Shown one piece after another: positions 49,548 to 58,327 of a stretch of 62,744 bases of DNA. Below the pieces are notes generated by a model. That model was not told where the DNA came from, did not search any database, and saw only the letters and a list, made by a program, of their open reading frames with translations. Position 1 is the first letter of the stretch, and every line of letters starts with the position of its first letter. The stretch is from a virus. Its lineage: Duplodnaviria; Caudoviricetes. Made by a program: the position numbers and the translations under genes. The stretch spans positions 1-62,744 of the IMG/VR virus record IMGVR_UViG_3300008259_000034; one strand, written 5' to 3'.

Positions 49548-49942
49548 ACAATTAATGCACTCACCGTTACAGTAATTAAATTAGCAGCACTAGCTCTTAC
49601 AACAACTTTGTCGCTGCCTCTTGCATTTACCGAAGTACCTCGTAATACAATTCGTTCGTCGCTAAAAAATATTGTTTCGCCAGCAGGAACAATCAAATTG
49701 CTGACAATTGTGTTAGACACCGACGGAGTAAGACTGACATCGGCATTTAGCAAATATATAGTAACAGAAACTGTATTTACATTTTCGTCTGTAGAATCCG
49801 GAGTTCCTGTGTTACAAAGTATAATATTAGTAATCGCAGTGTCTGCTGATTCTATAAGACCACCAACAGCAGCACCAGTAGTAGAACTAGTATACACTAT
49901 TGTATCAGTTGTTGCGTTTGTTATTCGTGTGCTATATATCAT
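49544..49942 (-). CDS. Small beta-sandwich virion adaptor-like protein
   Basis: AITNIILCN...IVSNLIVPAGET...ERIVL...D.V.V. Confidence 0.65.
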   Translation of the reverse strand: MIYSTRITNATTDTIVYTSSTTGAAVGGLIESADTAITNIILCNTGTPDSTDENVNTVSVTIYLLNADVSLTPSVSNTIVSNLIVPAGETIFFSDERIVLRGTSVNARGSDKVVVRASAANLITVTVSALIV

Positions 49943-49951
49943 AGTTGTCTC

Positions 49952-51046
49952 TTAAAATAACATACTAAAAAGTAAAGCTTTCTTTTTGCTGATCAATTCA
50001 CTTCTTTGTATGTTTGTACTATTAAAATTCTGTGCCGAAACATATATTCCGGTATTTCCAGCTCCAATTTTTCCGCCGTATATTACACTTTGTAATGGAA
50101 ATGCTGTTGGGCCACCATCTTCATTATATCCTTGGTTATCATTAAACTGTATAGCATTAGTTATCTCAACTTTTCCCGGACCGTTGGTTTCTAATTTTAA
50201 ATTTCCGTCAGTTCCGGTTGTTTGAATTATAGAAGCAGGTGCTTGGCCTGGATAGCTTGGATCCTCTTGCCAAAATGTTAGACCGGCAACGTTAAATCTG
50301 TTAACAAACACCGATCCAACCAATTGATTATCAACTAGTAGTGCAACAAAACTTTCACTTGGTAAGTCGCCAGAATCAGTAAACGGCCCGATTGGGAATA
50401 ATGCCTCGTCATATGTTGCACTGAAGTCAAATGCTACAACACGAGTATCTCCTTTTACTTGGCTTTCTGGTACTCCAACTAGCGCACCAGGTGAACGAAT
50501 TTGAAATGTTGGATTAGTTTGAATAGCAAGGTCAACATATCTCTTATTTGGAATATCGTTATCATTGGTAACTCGCTCGTTATATAACGCTGCGCCGCCA
50601 ACTTTTAAAACTCCAGTATTACCTGCCTCGGCAAATAAAGTTAAATCGCCTTCGTCTTCGTCCATAGAGGTTAACAATGTTTTTAATCGTAATGAACTAT
50701 TAGAAAAATTATTAAAACCTAGTTCGGTTGAGCCTTCAGCAATTTGCCAACTTTGTGTGGATTCATCGTATATAAAAGAAGTGTTGGCTAATAGTCCTCG
50801 ATCAATTTCAATACCTGAAAGTATTTTAGTAACTCCGGATCCTGCTTCACCTCTGTTAAGAGTAATGATGTTATCTTCTACAGCTAAATCTGTTGTTTGA
50901 ACAATTAATGTTTCGCCAACAACGGTCAGGTTGCCAGTTATCTTAACGTTACCGGCTTCAGGCCCAGTTCCAACATCAAAAATAATGTTAGACCCTTGCT
51001 TGGCCTTAATCGTATAATCGCCGTTAACTTGTACAACCTGTCCCAT
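49952..51046 (-). CDS. Virion structural protein
   Basis: V.DNIITLNRGE...SGIEIDRG; IPNKRYVD; C-terminus ELISKKKALLFSMLF. Confidence 0.7.
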   Translation of the reverse strand: MGQVVQVNGDYTIKAKQGSNIIFDVGTGPEAGNVKITGNLTVVGETLIVQTTDLAVEDNIITLNRGEAGSGVTKILSGIEIDRGLLANTSFIYDESTQSWQIAEGSTELGFNNFSNSSLRLKTLLTSMDEDEGDLTLFAEAGNTGVLKVGGAALYNERVTNDNDIPNKRYVDLAIQTNPTFQIRSPGALVGVPESQVKGDTRVVAFDFSATYDEALFPIGPFTDSGDLPSESFVALLVDNQLVGSVFVNRFNVAGLTFWQEDPSYPGQAPASIIQTTGTDGNLKLETNGPGKVEITNAIQFNDNQGYNEDGGPTAFPLQSVIYGGKIGAGNTGIYVSAQNFNSTNIQRSELISKKKALLFSMLF

Positions 51047-51060
51047 ACTAGTTCCTTAAA

Positions 51061-51513
51061 TTAAATTGCTGTTAGAACAATATAATCAGCTGACGAATCG
51101 CTTTCTAAATACCAAGTGTAACGAGTAGCATCATGATTTGTAGAAGCATTTGAGTCTTCGCCGCGGTTAAATCCGCCACTTAGTACTGGGCTTGACGGAA
51201 AACCGTAAGCTAGTCTACGTGAAAGTTTTGCAATAGGAACTAACGCTGCGTCTAATTGGCCAGTAGTCGAACCTCGCATTAGCATTTCGCCTGCTGCGTT
51301 TGGTGTTGTATCTACCAACTTACAAACAAAAGTAGTACCTGGTGTACCAATACGAGCAACTACAAATGAATTTGCACCGCGTTGTTTAATAATAATGCCG
51401 TCGGTTTGATTTGTTGAACCGTCGTAAAATGATACTGTAATGCCAGTTGCTGTAGATGCTGGCGTGTTAATTACATCAGTACCTCTTACATCTTTTCTTA
51501 ATGGACGTCCCAT
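51061..51513 (-). CDS. Hypothetical (probable virion) protein
   Basis: 150 aa MGRPL...IIKQRG; strong SD AAGGAGA. Confidence 0.7.
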   Translation of the reverse strand: MGRPLRKDVRGTDVINTPASTATGITVSFYDGSTNQTDGIIIKQRGANSFVVARIGTPGTTFVCKLVDTTPNAAGEMLMRGSTTGQLDAALVPIAKLSRRLAYGFPSSPVLSGGFNRGEDSNASTNHDATRYTWYLESDSSADYIVLTAI

Positions 51514-51606
51514 TTTGTTTCTCCTTAATATGACGTTTTAGGTCTACGAGGATGGTTACCCCATAAGTCTTGCCCTATGCAAGTTCTTTAATAGACATTG
51601 TATTTA
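51514..51606 (-). promoter_or_regulatory. Late promoter plus structured 5' leader
   Basis: TAAATA 51601-51606; GTCTA/TAGAC stem enclosing CTTGC/GCAAG and ATGG/CCAT hairpins. Confidence 0.5.
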
Positions 51607-51873
51607 TCAACGTGCTATCATTGCCATCAACTCAATTTTTTCAACTGTGTTTAATATTTGGTTAATAGCATCTATTTCTAATTGTGCTTTTTCTAAATGA
51701 CTTTTACTGTGGGTTTGTCTGTAGTTTACAAGATGTTTGCTGTGTGCCTGTATACGATCGTTTACCATGTGTTCTATTTGCTTTACATCATGTGTAAACA
51801 TAGGAAAACGTTTACGCCAGTCTGCAAATTGCGTTTGTAGATTACTAAAGTCTTTGTCTGATTCTATCTTCAC
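51607..51873 (-). CDS. Hypothetical helical protein (GTG start)
   Basis: 88 aa; TAAATA 4 nt upstream. Confidence 0.65.
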   Translation of the reverse strand: MKIESDKDFSNLQTQFADWRKRFPMFTHDVKQIEHMVNDRIQAHSKHLVNYRQTHSKSHLEKAQLEIDAINQILNTVEKIELMAMIAR

Positions 51874-51877
51874 TTGG

Positions 51878-51883
51878 TATTTA
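51878..51883 (-). promoter_or_regulatory. Late promoter core TAAATA, 4 nt before GTG
   Basis: TAAATA-CCAA-GTG just after capsid terminator. Confidence 0.65.
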
Positions 51884-51890
51884 AGTCAAA

Positions 51891-51916
51891 CAAAAAGGCT
51901 CCGAAGAGCCTTTTTG
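51891..51916 (-). terminator. Rho-independent terminator after major capsid gene
   Basis: CAAAAAGGCTC-CGAA-GAGCCTTTTTG; UUCG loop on minus strand. Confidence 0.9.
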
Positions 51917-51941
51917 AATTAGTTACTATGAACTCTACTGA

Positions 51942-53102
51942 TTAAGCAAACTTCAAGTTGGCTGTTGTTACAGCAACTTTAGCTAGATAGTCAGCAGCGT
52001 TACCTAGAGACGACGCTGTATTTGTCAACTCAACATAACCATAACGTGTCATGAATGATACGACTGGTTCGAAAGTTGATGGATCTAATACAACACCACT
52101 TGACATCAATGGGATGTATGGGCAGTAGAATGCAGGAGCATCAGATTCTGAAGCACCTTTGTATCCGATCAATACGTCATCGCTAGATGCGTAGCTGTTT
52201 ACATACACCTTCATAGCACCGTTCAATGTACCAACAAACTTGGTGTTTGTAGGTGCTTCGAATGTACCTTCTGTTGTACGAGCAAATGCGCTAGTAGTAG
52301 CAGACTGAAGAATTGTCAATGTTGTTGGGCTTAGAACTGCATAGTTACCAGCACCACGACGTGTACGTTGAGCAATCAAGTTAGCAGCACGGTTGATTTG
52401 AACAGCCAAAGCAGCATGCTCATCACCAACGAAAGTAGCTGTACCAGAAACTGTGTTTTGATCATAAGTCAATACAGTTCCAGCCAAGCTATTCAAGCTA
52501 CCAATAACTTCTTGGTCGATCTCAGCTGTGATCTCTTGTGCAAGAGCAGCCATGATTTCTGCTTCGATGTCAATACCTTGTTGGGCTTGTGCATCTTGTG
52601 CAGCTTCAAATGTCCAGCGAGCTGACAATTTACGTGTCTTGGCTTCAACTGTTTGCTTCAAGATTTGAATGCTTAACTTGTTACCAGCTACACCTTCAAG
52701 AGCGGCTGTAGAAGCTGCTCTAGCAGTTGCGCTAGATGAGTTAGCAGAATAACCTTGAGCGATTTGGAATGGGCTCAATGCTTCTGTACCAGCAGCAAAT
52801 TCACTTGCGTCGCTGTAGCGAACACGTAGAGTGTGGATTTGACCAACTGGGCCAGTCATTGGTTGTACACCTACTAACTCGTTAGCAATAACGGTAGGCA
52901 TTACACGTCTGATCACTGGAAGGATCACACGATTTAGGGTTGCAACGTTGCCAGCGGATGTAGCACCAGCAGTAGCAGACTCAGACAAATACTTGCGGGT
53001 ATTTTCGAGAGTTGTTGCCATTACTGTGCGCTTGTGACCTTGAAGACCTTCTAAAAGAGCTTCTTTGGTTTCCGACCAGCGTGACTCGAGTAATTGTGAC
53101 AT
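51942..53102 (-). CDS. gp23: Major capsid protein (gp23-like)
   Basis: IRRVMP..IA.ELVGVQPMTGPVGQI, AKTRKLSARWT, FYCPYIPL, FMTRYG. Confidence 0.97.
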   Translation of the reverse strand: MSQLLESRWSETKEALLEGLQGHKRTVMATTLENTRKYLSESATAGATSAGNVATLNRVILPVIRRVMPTVIANELVGVQPMTGPVGQIHTLRVRYSDASEFAAGTEALSPFQIAQGYSANSSSATARAASTAALEGVAGNKLSIQILKQTVEAKTRKLSARWTFEAAQDAQAQQGIDIEAEIMAALAQEITAEIDQEVIGSLNSLAGTVLTYDQNTVSGTATFVGDEHAALAVQINRAANLIAQRTRRGAGNYAVLSPTTLTILQSATTSAFARTTEGTFEAPTNTKFVGTLNGAMKVYVNSYASSDDVLIGYKGASESDAPAFYCPYIPLMSSGVVLDPSTFEPVVSFMTRYGYVELTNTASSLGNAADYLAKVAVTTANLKFA

Positions 53103-53113
53103 TATAGTTCTCC

Positions 53114-54139
53114 TTAAACTTTTAGTCCCGCAAGCCTGCGGATGTCAAAATCTGTTAATGCTTTCTTGACTGGAGCACCACCATTCATTACTGATGTGAT
53201 GTACTTGTCAAAAGCTGCATGTAGCTTATCTGTTTGTACTGATTCTAGTAGTTCGCCCATTACTGAACGCTTGTCACCAGACAATGGACCTAGCAATTCG
53301 TTCATAACTTCCTTGCGTGTGCTTATGTCTTTAGCAATGCGTAGTTCAGCATTTTTGCTTTCTACTAATTTTTCTGTGTCTGCAACAATTTTTGCCGCTT
53401 CTTCTAATTCTATTTCTTTTTGCGCAACTACTTTTAATAGTTTTGCTGTTTCAGATTTTTCATTTAGATGACTTGCTGCAAATTCACTTGCGAAAGATTC
53501 AAAAATTCTGCGACCAAAGTCGTTTTTACGAGCAGCATTAATATCTTCTTTCAACTGAGTCATTTCAGAACGCAAGCCTTTTGAGACTGTTTCTTCGATG
53601 ATTTTAGCTGAACGACTGACGAAATCTTTTCTAACTTGTTCAAACTTAGCTCTGCTTTCACGTACTAAACGTACTTTAGTTTCTGCTAGGTCTTTCTTAT
53701 CAGCGTGGAATTCTGCGATTTCTTTCGCTAGAGTGTCCACAATAAAAGATTCTAATTTTGCCACGTTACCTGCAACTGCTTTACGATCTTCATGCAATTC
53801 AGCAAGCTCTTTACCCAAGTTATTCATAATGAAAGATTCCATTGCTTCGGTATCTTTCTTCATTTTCTTTGCGTATTTTGTTTTTGCTTCGATCAGGCCC
53901 TGGCGATCTTCTGCGAATTCAGCTAACTCTGCTTGTAAGCGGTCTGTTAGCATGCCTTCTACAGCTTCTACCATTGCGGACTTATCGTGCTCATACTTCT
54001 GAGCAAATTCTTCACGTAATGTTGCGGTGACTTGTTCACGGGTTTCTTGAATTCTGCCTTCCCAAGCTGATTCAATTTCCGATTTGATTTCTTCGGAAAT
54101 CACATTGTTCTCAAACAATTGTTTTACGATATCTAGCAT
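53114..54139 (-). CDS. gp22: Prohead scaffolding protein (gp22-like)
   Basis: Coiled-coil, GRRIFESFASEF; between protease and capsid genes. Confidence 0.85.
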   Translation of the reverse strand: MLDIVKQLFENNVISEEIKSEIESAWEGRIQETREQVTATLREEFAQKYEHDKSAMVEAVEGMLTDRLQAELAEFAEDRQGLIEAKTKYAKKMKKDTEAMESFIMNNLGKELAELHEDRKAVAGNVAKLESFIVDTLAKEIAEFHADKKDLAETKVRLVRESRAKFEQVRKDFVSRSAKIIEETVSKGLRSEMTQLKEDINAARKNDFGRRIFESFASEFAASHLNEKSETAKLLKVVAQKEIELEEAAKIVADTEKLVESKNAELRIAKDISTRKEVMNELLGPLSGDKRSVMGELLESVQTDKLHAAFDKYITSVMNGGAPVKKALTDFDIRRLAGLKV

Positions 54140-54156
54140 GTGATTCTCCTACTTGG

Positions 54157-54789
54157 TTATCTGAGACCCTTGATGATTTTCATCAAGCTCTCTGCTATGT
54201 ATTGCTGTGCCTTTGGGTCGCCTTGGACTTCTTTTGCTATTTTAAATGCCTGATATCCACCTGTATTATTCATCAAGTGTTCATAAACTGGAGTTGGGTA
54301 AGCTCCCGGGGCGCTTGGTTGTGCTACTACGTCAACGGTAATAATTTCAAAACCTTGAACATTACCTTCCCCGTCTACTTCGCCTGAACCTCTACTCGAT
54401 ACACCCAACTTGACTCCCGCTTCCAACATAGACTGAATTAACTGTCCCATTGGAGTCGGAAGTAGTTTTAGTTTTCCGTAGCCGTTTGGACCATCCATCC
54501 ACATTTTTGTAATCATGTGACTGACTCGATCCAAGTTGATGCGTAAATCTTCCGGATGATCAACTTCACCTAGCACAGAGTAACCACCAGCGATCTGCTC
54601 GTTGAGCGTTTTGACAGCCCTGCCAATTTCTTGAGAAGAATAAACACGTTGGTTTGCATTTCGGATGTCTCCTTGAATGCAAATACCGTTTAAATGCAGC
54701 GACTTCTTGCCGTCTGCACCTTCTTCGCTCTCCAAGACAATCTTAGCCTGATCGTAACTTAAATGTTCTGCTAGAGTAAATTTTTTCAC
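54157..54789 (-). CDS. gp21: Prohead protease (gp21-like), GTG start
   Basis: NANQRVY, GEVDHP, LGVSSRGSG, DVVAQPSAPGAY. Confidence 0.95.
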   Translation of the reverse strand: MKKFTLAEHLSYDQAKIVLESEEGADGKKSLHLNGICIQGDIRNANQRVYSSQEIGRAVKTLNEQIAGGYSVLGEVDHPEDLRINLDRVSHMITKMWMDGPNGYGKLKLLPTPMGQLIQSMLEAGVKLGVSSRGSGEVDGEGNVQGFEIITVDVVAQPSAPGAYPTPVYEHLMNNTGGYQAFKIAKEVQGDPKAQQYIAESLMKIIKGLR

Positions 54790-54802
54790 CGTTTCGTCCT
54801 AA

Positions 54803-55666
54803 TTATCTACGACCACGGAAAAGACTTTGCTTGTTGTCAGCAGTTTCGCCAGCGCCTTTCTTTTCTGCGCCGTGTCCTGGTTCTTTCTTAGAGAATGCAT
54901 TACCATTCTTTGCGCCAGGAGTATTTACATTACCACCGTCTTGTAACTGTGGATTACCTTTCAACAAACCATTACCTTTTAGTTGACCGCCTGCGGAACC
55001 AGCTTCGCCTGCGTCACTACCGTTTTTGCCGCTTAGGATATTAGCAGTTGTACCGCCCATATCATTCTTGCCAGCTACGATAGACTTTGTATTGTCAGCT
55101 TTTTCGCCTTGACCTTTCTTTTCTGCGCCATGGCCTGCTGGAACTTTCTCAACATATTCACGTACAGTTGCTAGATCAAAATCGTCTTTCATTGCATTGT
55201 CGCCCATGTCGTTACCGCCCATGTCGTCACCGCCCTTTAATTCGTCGAACTTAGCTTGTAATTCGTCAACAATGGATTCTAAATCCATGAATAGCTCGTC
55301 TTCGGACTTTTCTTCGTCGTCCATTTCTTCTTCGTCGCCCAATTCAGCTTCTAGGTCGTCAGTTGGGTCACCGCCCATTTCGTCATCACCTTCATATGCG
55401 ATATCTTCGAAATTTTCGTCCATTTTATCTTCGTCGGCTTCTTCGTCATCGGATGCTTCGTCTACTTTGTCTTCTTCAGCTTCTTCGTCATCAGCTGCTT
55501 CATCTACTTCCTTATCATCTTCATCTTCGATTTCAGATTCAATAAGATCTTCGTAGATTTCACGAGATTTTGCAACTACATACTCGTGGAATAATTCTTC
55601 TGCTTTAGCTTGATCGTTGTTGACCAAGTTCTCTAGCATCTGTGCTAGTAAGTTTTTATCTGCCAT
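54803..55666 (-). CDS. Acidic prohead core protein
   Basis: Very D/E-rich 287 aa protein directly upstream of protease; SD AAGGAGA. Confidence 0.65.
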   Translation of the reverse strand: MADKNLLAQMLENLVNNDQAKAEELFHEYVVAKSREIYEDLIESEIEDEDDKEVDEAADDEEAEEDKVDEASDDEEADEDKMDENFEDIAYEGDDEMGGDPTDDLEAELGDEEEMDDEEKSEDELFMDLESIVDELQAKFDELKGGDDMGGNDMGDNAMKDDFDLATVREYVEKVPAGHGAEKKGQGEKADNTKSIVAGKNDMGGTTANILSGKNGSDAGEAGSAGGQLKGNGLLKGNPQLQDGGNVNTPGAKNGNAFSKKEPGHGAEKKGAGETADNKQSLFRGRR

Positions 55667-55706
55667 GTTATATTCTCCTTAAAGATGGGTAGGCTGTCAT
55701 ACATTT

Positions 55707-55712
55707 TATTTA
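55707..55712 (-). promoter_or_regulatory. Late promoter core TAAATA for head operon
   Basis: Intergenic TAAATA 40 nt upstream of ATG 55666. Confidence 0.65.
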
Positions 55713-55734
55713 ACTCAATGATTACAATTTGGTG

Positions 55735-56370
55735 TTAAATGATACTTTTTTGAATGGTTTCATCTGCATATATAGTACCCGGAAACTTTTGTGCAAATTC
55801 GTCAAAGGATATATGTGTTATGTTTGAGTTTGCCAGTTTGTCAGGAATAAACCCGCCGGATTCTATAACTCGATAAAACTGAGTATATCTGTGATCTCTA
55901 ACTGTTTTTTCTGTTTGGCTCAACCAATTTCCGTGATAAGTTGCAACGTCTTCGCTGCGTTTGTAATTAAAAGTATTAGCATATACATTATTGAATTTTC
56001 CGCCAATTCCTTGGTAGTCAAACCCAAATATGTACACTTCTTTATGTCCACGCTCGCAGGCAAAGTGCAATGCTGTTGGACCACTACTCCATCCTTTATG
56101 TGGATGAAAGTAATTAATTCCGCTCTTAGCGTTAATTCCTTTATTAGGATTGGACCAAACACTGTGGGTTTTATGATATCCTGCTGAAATGATTTCGTTA
56201 ACCATCTTAACATCAACAGCTATTAAAAAGTCAGGATCAAATTCTCTGTAAACAGCATTACAAGCATATACAGTGCCGTGCAATAATAGCGAAGGAGCAT
56301 CTACGTGTAGTCTACTTCTGCCATTACCTAATACGAAAGCGGGTTCATTCTGCGGGTTGGTCTGCTTCAA
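55735..56370 (-). CDS. Cst-II/Maf (DUF115)-like nucleotide-sugar transferase; start uncertain (TTG 56370)
   Basis: AFVLGNGRSR, YACNA, DFLIAVD, WSSGPTALHFA, KEVYIFGFDY. Confidence 0.6.
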   Translation of the reverse strand: MKQTNPQNEPAFVLGNGRSRLHVDAPSLLLHGTVYACNAVYREFDPDFLIAVDVKMVNEIISAGYHKTHSVWSNPNKGINAKSGINYFHPHKGWSSGPTALHFACERGHKEVYIFGFDYQGIGGKFNNVYANTFNYKRSEDVATYHGNWLSQTEKTVRDHRYTQFYRVIESGGFIPDKLANSNITHISFDEFAQKFPGTIYADETIQKSII

Positions 56371-56593
56371 CTGGGGTACCGTACATTTGTTGTATAAAAG
56401 CTCTTTCTGATTCTTCTTCAAAATCATGAGCTTCGCTTTGTATTCGCAGCTGGTTTATTTGTTTAAGAGTTAAACGTAGTTTACGTGTGTCTGATTTTTT
56501 GACCACAGAACTGTCTTTAGAGTTTTCATATCGTTGATCGACTGAAAAGTCATTGGTATTGTCGTTAAAATAAAAGAATTCACGTAGGAGCAT
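56345..56593 (-). CDS. Small head-operon protein
   Basis: MLLREFF...DTRKLRLTLKQINQLR...QQMYG; start set by TAAATA 4 nt upstream. Confidence 0.7.
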   Translation of the reverse strand: MLLREFFYFNDNTNDFSVDQRYENSKDSSVVKKSDTRKLRLTLKQINQLRIQSEAHDFEEESERAFIQQMYGTPVEADQPAE

Positions 56594-56597
56594 AATG

Positions 56598-56603
56598 TAT
56601 TTA
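56598..56603 (-). promoter_or_regulatory. Late promoter core TAAATA, 4 nt before ATG
   Basis: Portal stop TAA-TAAATA-CATT-ATG. Confidence 0.7.
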
Positions 56604-58313
56604 TTACTGACCGGCTGGAGGTGGTGCCACAGGCTGTGAGGTTTCTGCACCTTCTGCAGGAACTTCTGCAGCTAAATTGTCGGGTGCTTCTGCGTCTGCT
56701 GCACCTGCTTCTGCACTGATAGTTGACGGAGTGATGCCAATACCTCTCATTTCGCTAGCGGCATCTCCTACAATTTTTAGTTTATTACCGTTCTCTTCTC
56801 TCCACATCAATTCGTTTTCTTTAATCTCTTCTTCTGATAAACCTAAGAAGCGTTTTAGTGCAAAACGTTTAGAAAGATGTGGGATTTCTGCAACTGTACT
56901 GTATGTTGCTGCACGAGCAGTATCAAGCTCTGATTGACGATATGCAGCAAAGTTCTGCGGCTGATTAAAACGTAATTCAAATAAACTTGAATCAATGTTT
57001 ACACCGTTTGATTCCATCCAAATTTTAAATTCTAAGTCTAGAGTTGGAGTAATTAAGTTCTGTAGGCGTTTGCAATATTCATTGAAACGTAGCTCTTGAA
57101 TGTATGCTGTGCCTACTTTTCCGTCAGTTACTGTGTTACTAGCATCATCAACAGATGTTGGCAAGTAGCTGCTTGGAATGCGCAAAGCACGGAATAGCTT
57201 GTTGGTAAAGTATCGCAGATCTGTAATTTCACCTAGGTTGGTACCACCTGGAAGTGTTTCAACTTTGGATCCACGACCTTCTGCTGTCTGCGGAAAGAAG
57301 TAATCTTCGTTGACACTTAACGGATTGTAACTGGCATCGATCATATTATTGCCACCACCTGTTGAGCTAGGAATACGTCTTTGTTGGATTTCGTTTTTAA
57401 CACGTTCTACAAATGCCATGGCCATGTGTGCCGGCATGTTACCCACGTCAACATAGAAAATTCTACGCTCAGGAGCTCGTTGTATACGATAGATAATAAT
57501 TGCATCTTCAAGCAATTCTTTCTGCTTGTAGACTTTGAATACTGATTCCAGTAGACTATTACCAAACGGAAAGTTTTGATCTAACCCTTCACTCAAACTA
57601 ATATGTACGATGTGTTTTGCATCTACAGTAATTTCATTTGTTTGATTTTGAAAACGTGTTCCTGGAGGGCGAGCAGCATCGCCTACCATGCCTTTGCCAA
57701 ACCCACCTCCACTGGTATAAGAGCTAGTTCCGCTCGGACTTGTATTTGTTGTATTATGTGGTTGTGTAGCTACTAATGATACAAAATTAAAATTAATGTC
57801 TTTTAATACATATTGTTCAGGAGTTTTGCCTGTGGATTCATTAACAATTACTTTGGTAACTTTTACTGGATCAATGTATAATAATTTTTTAGTTTCAGGA
57901 TCGCGGATGAAAAAACAGTCGCCGTACTTGAAAGTATTGCGCACAACACGGAATGTTCTAATATCAAATTGTTGTTGTTTAACCCACTTCTGAAGACTTT
58001 CTTTTAGAATTTTAACTTCAGTAGCTGTGGGTTTTCCTTTAAAGAACAACTGGAAAGGTGTATTATTTTCTTTGTCTTTTTGAGTGCAGAACTCTGCAAG
58101 AATATCTAAAGCAGCGTTAACTTCTGAATCCATGTCCATTGTATCATATTGAATATATCGTTCAACACGATTTGGTGATCCTGCATAAACATCAGGAAGA
58201 TAAGAACTGTAGTTTGTATGTGCTGGTCCGGGACGACTTCCGCCACTAATTGGGCTAAATCCTCCAGCTTGATTGTTAACGCTTACAGGGGTAAAGTATT
58301 TTTTCCAACTCAT
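56604..58313 (-). CDS. gp20: Portal protein (gp20-like)
   Basis: LLEDAIIIYRIQRAPERRIFYVDVGNMP, EDYFFP, GRGSKVETLPGG, LRIPSSYL. Confidence 0.97.
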   Translation of the reverse strand: MSWKKYFTPVSVNNQAGGFSPISGGSRPGPAHTNYSSYLPDVYAGSPNRVERYIQYDTMDMDSEVNAALDILAEFCTQKDKENNTPFQLFFKGKPTATEVKILKESLQKWVKQQQFDIRTFRVVRNTFKYGDCFFIRDPETKKLLYIDPVKVTKVIVNESTGKTPEQYVLKDINFNFVSLVATQPHNTTNTSPSGTSSYTSGGGFGKGMVGDAARPPGTRFQNQTNEITVDAKHIVHISLSEGLDQNFPFGNSLLESVFKVYKQKELLEDAIIIYRIQRAPERRIFYVDVGNMPAHMAMAFVERVKNEIQQRRIPSSTGGGNNMIDASYNPLSVNEDYFFPQTAEGRGSKVETLPGGTNLGEITDLRYFTNKLFRALRIPSSYLPTSVDDASNTVTDGKVGTAYIQELRFNEYCKRLQNLITPTLDLEFKIWMESNGVNIDSSLFELRFNQPQNFAAYRQSELDTARAATYSTVAEIPHLSKRFALKRFLGLSEEEIKENELMWREENGNKLKIVGDAASEMRGIGITPSTISAEAGAADAEAPDNLAAEVPAEGAETSQPVAPPPAGQ

Positions 58314-58327
58314 ATTTTTTTATCCAA

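Noticed and set aside
56594-56650. Extended start for the small head gene (56650); likewise 61522 for the tape measure gene
   Set aside because: The first overlaps the portal gene and skips the TAAATA motif; the second lacks an SD, whereas GAGGT lies 11 nt before ATG 61504.
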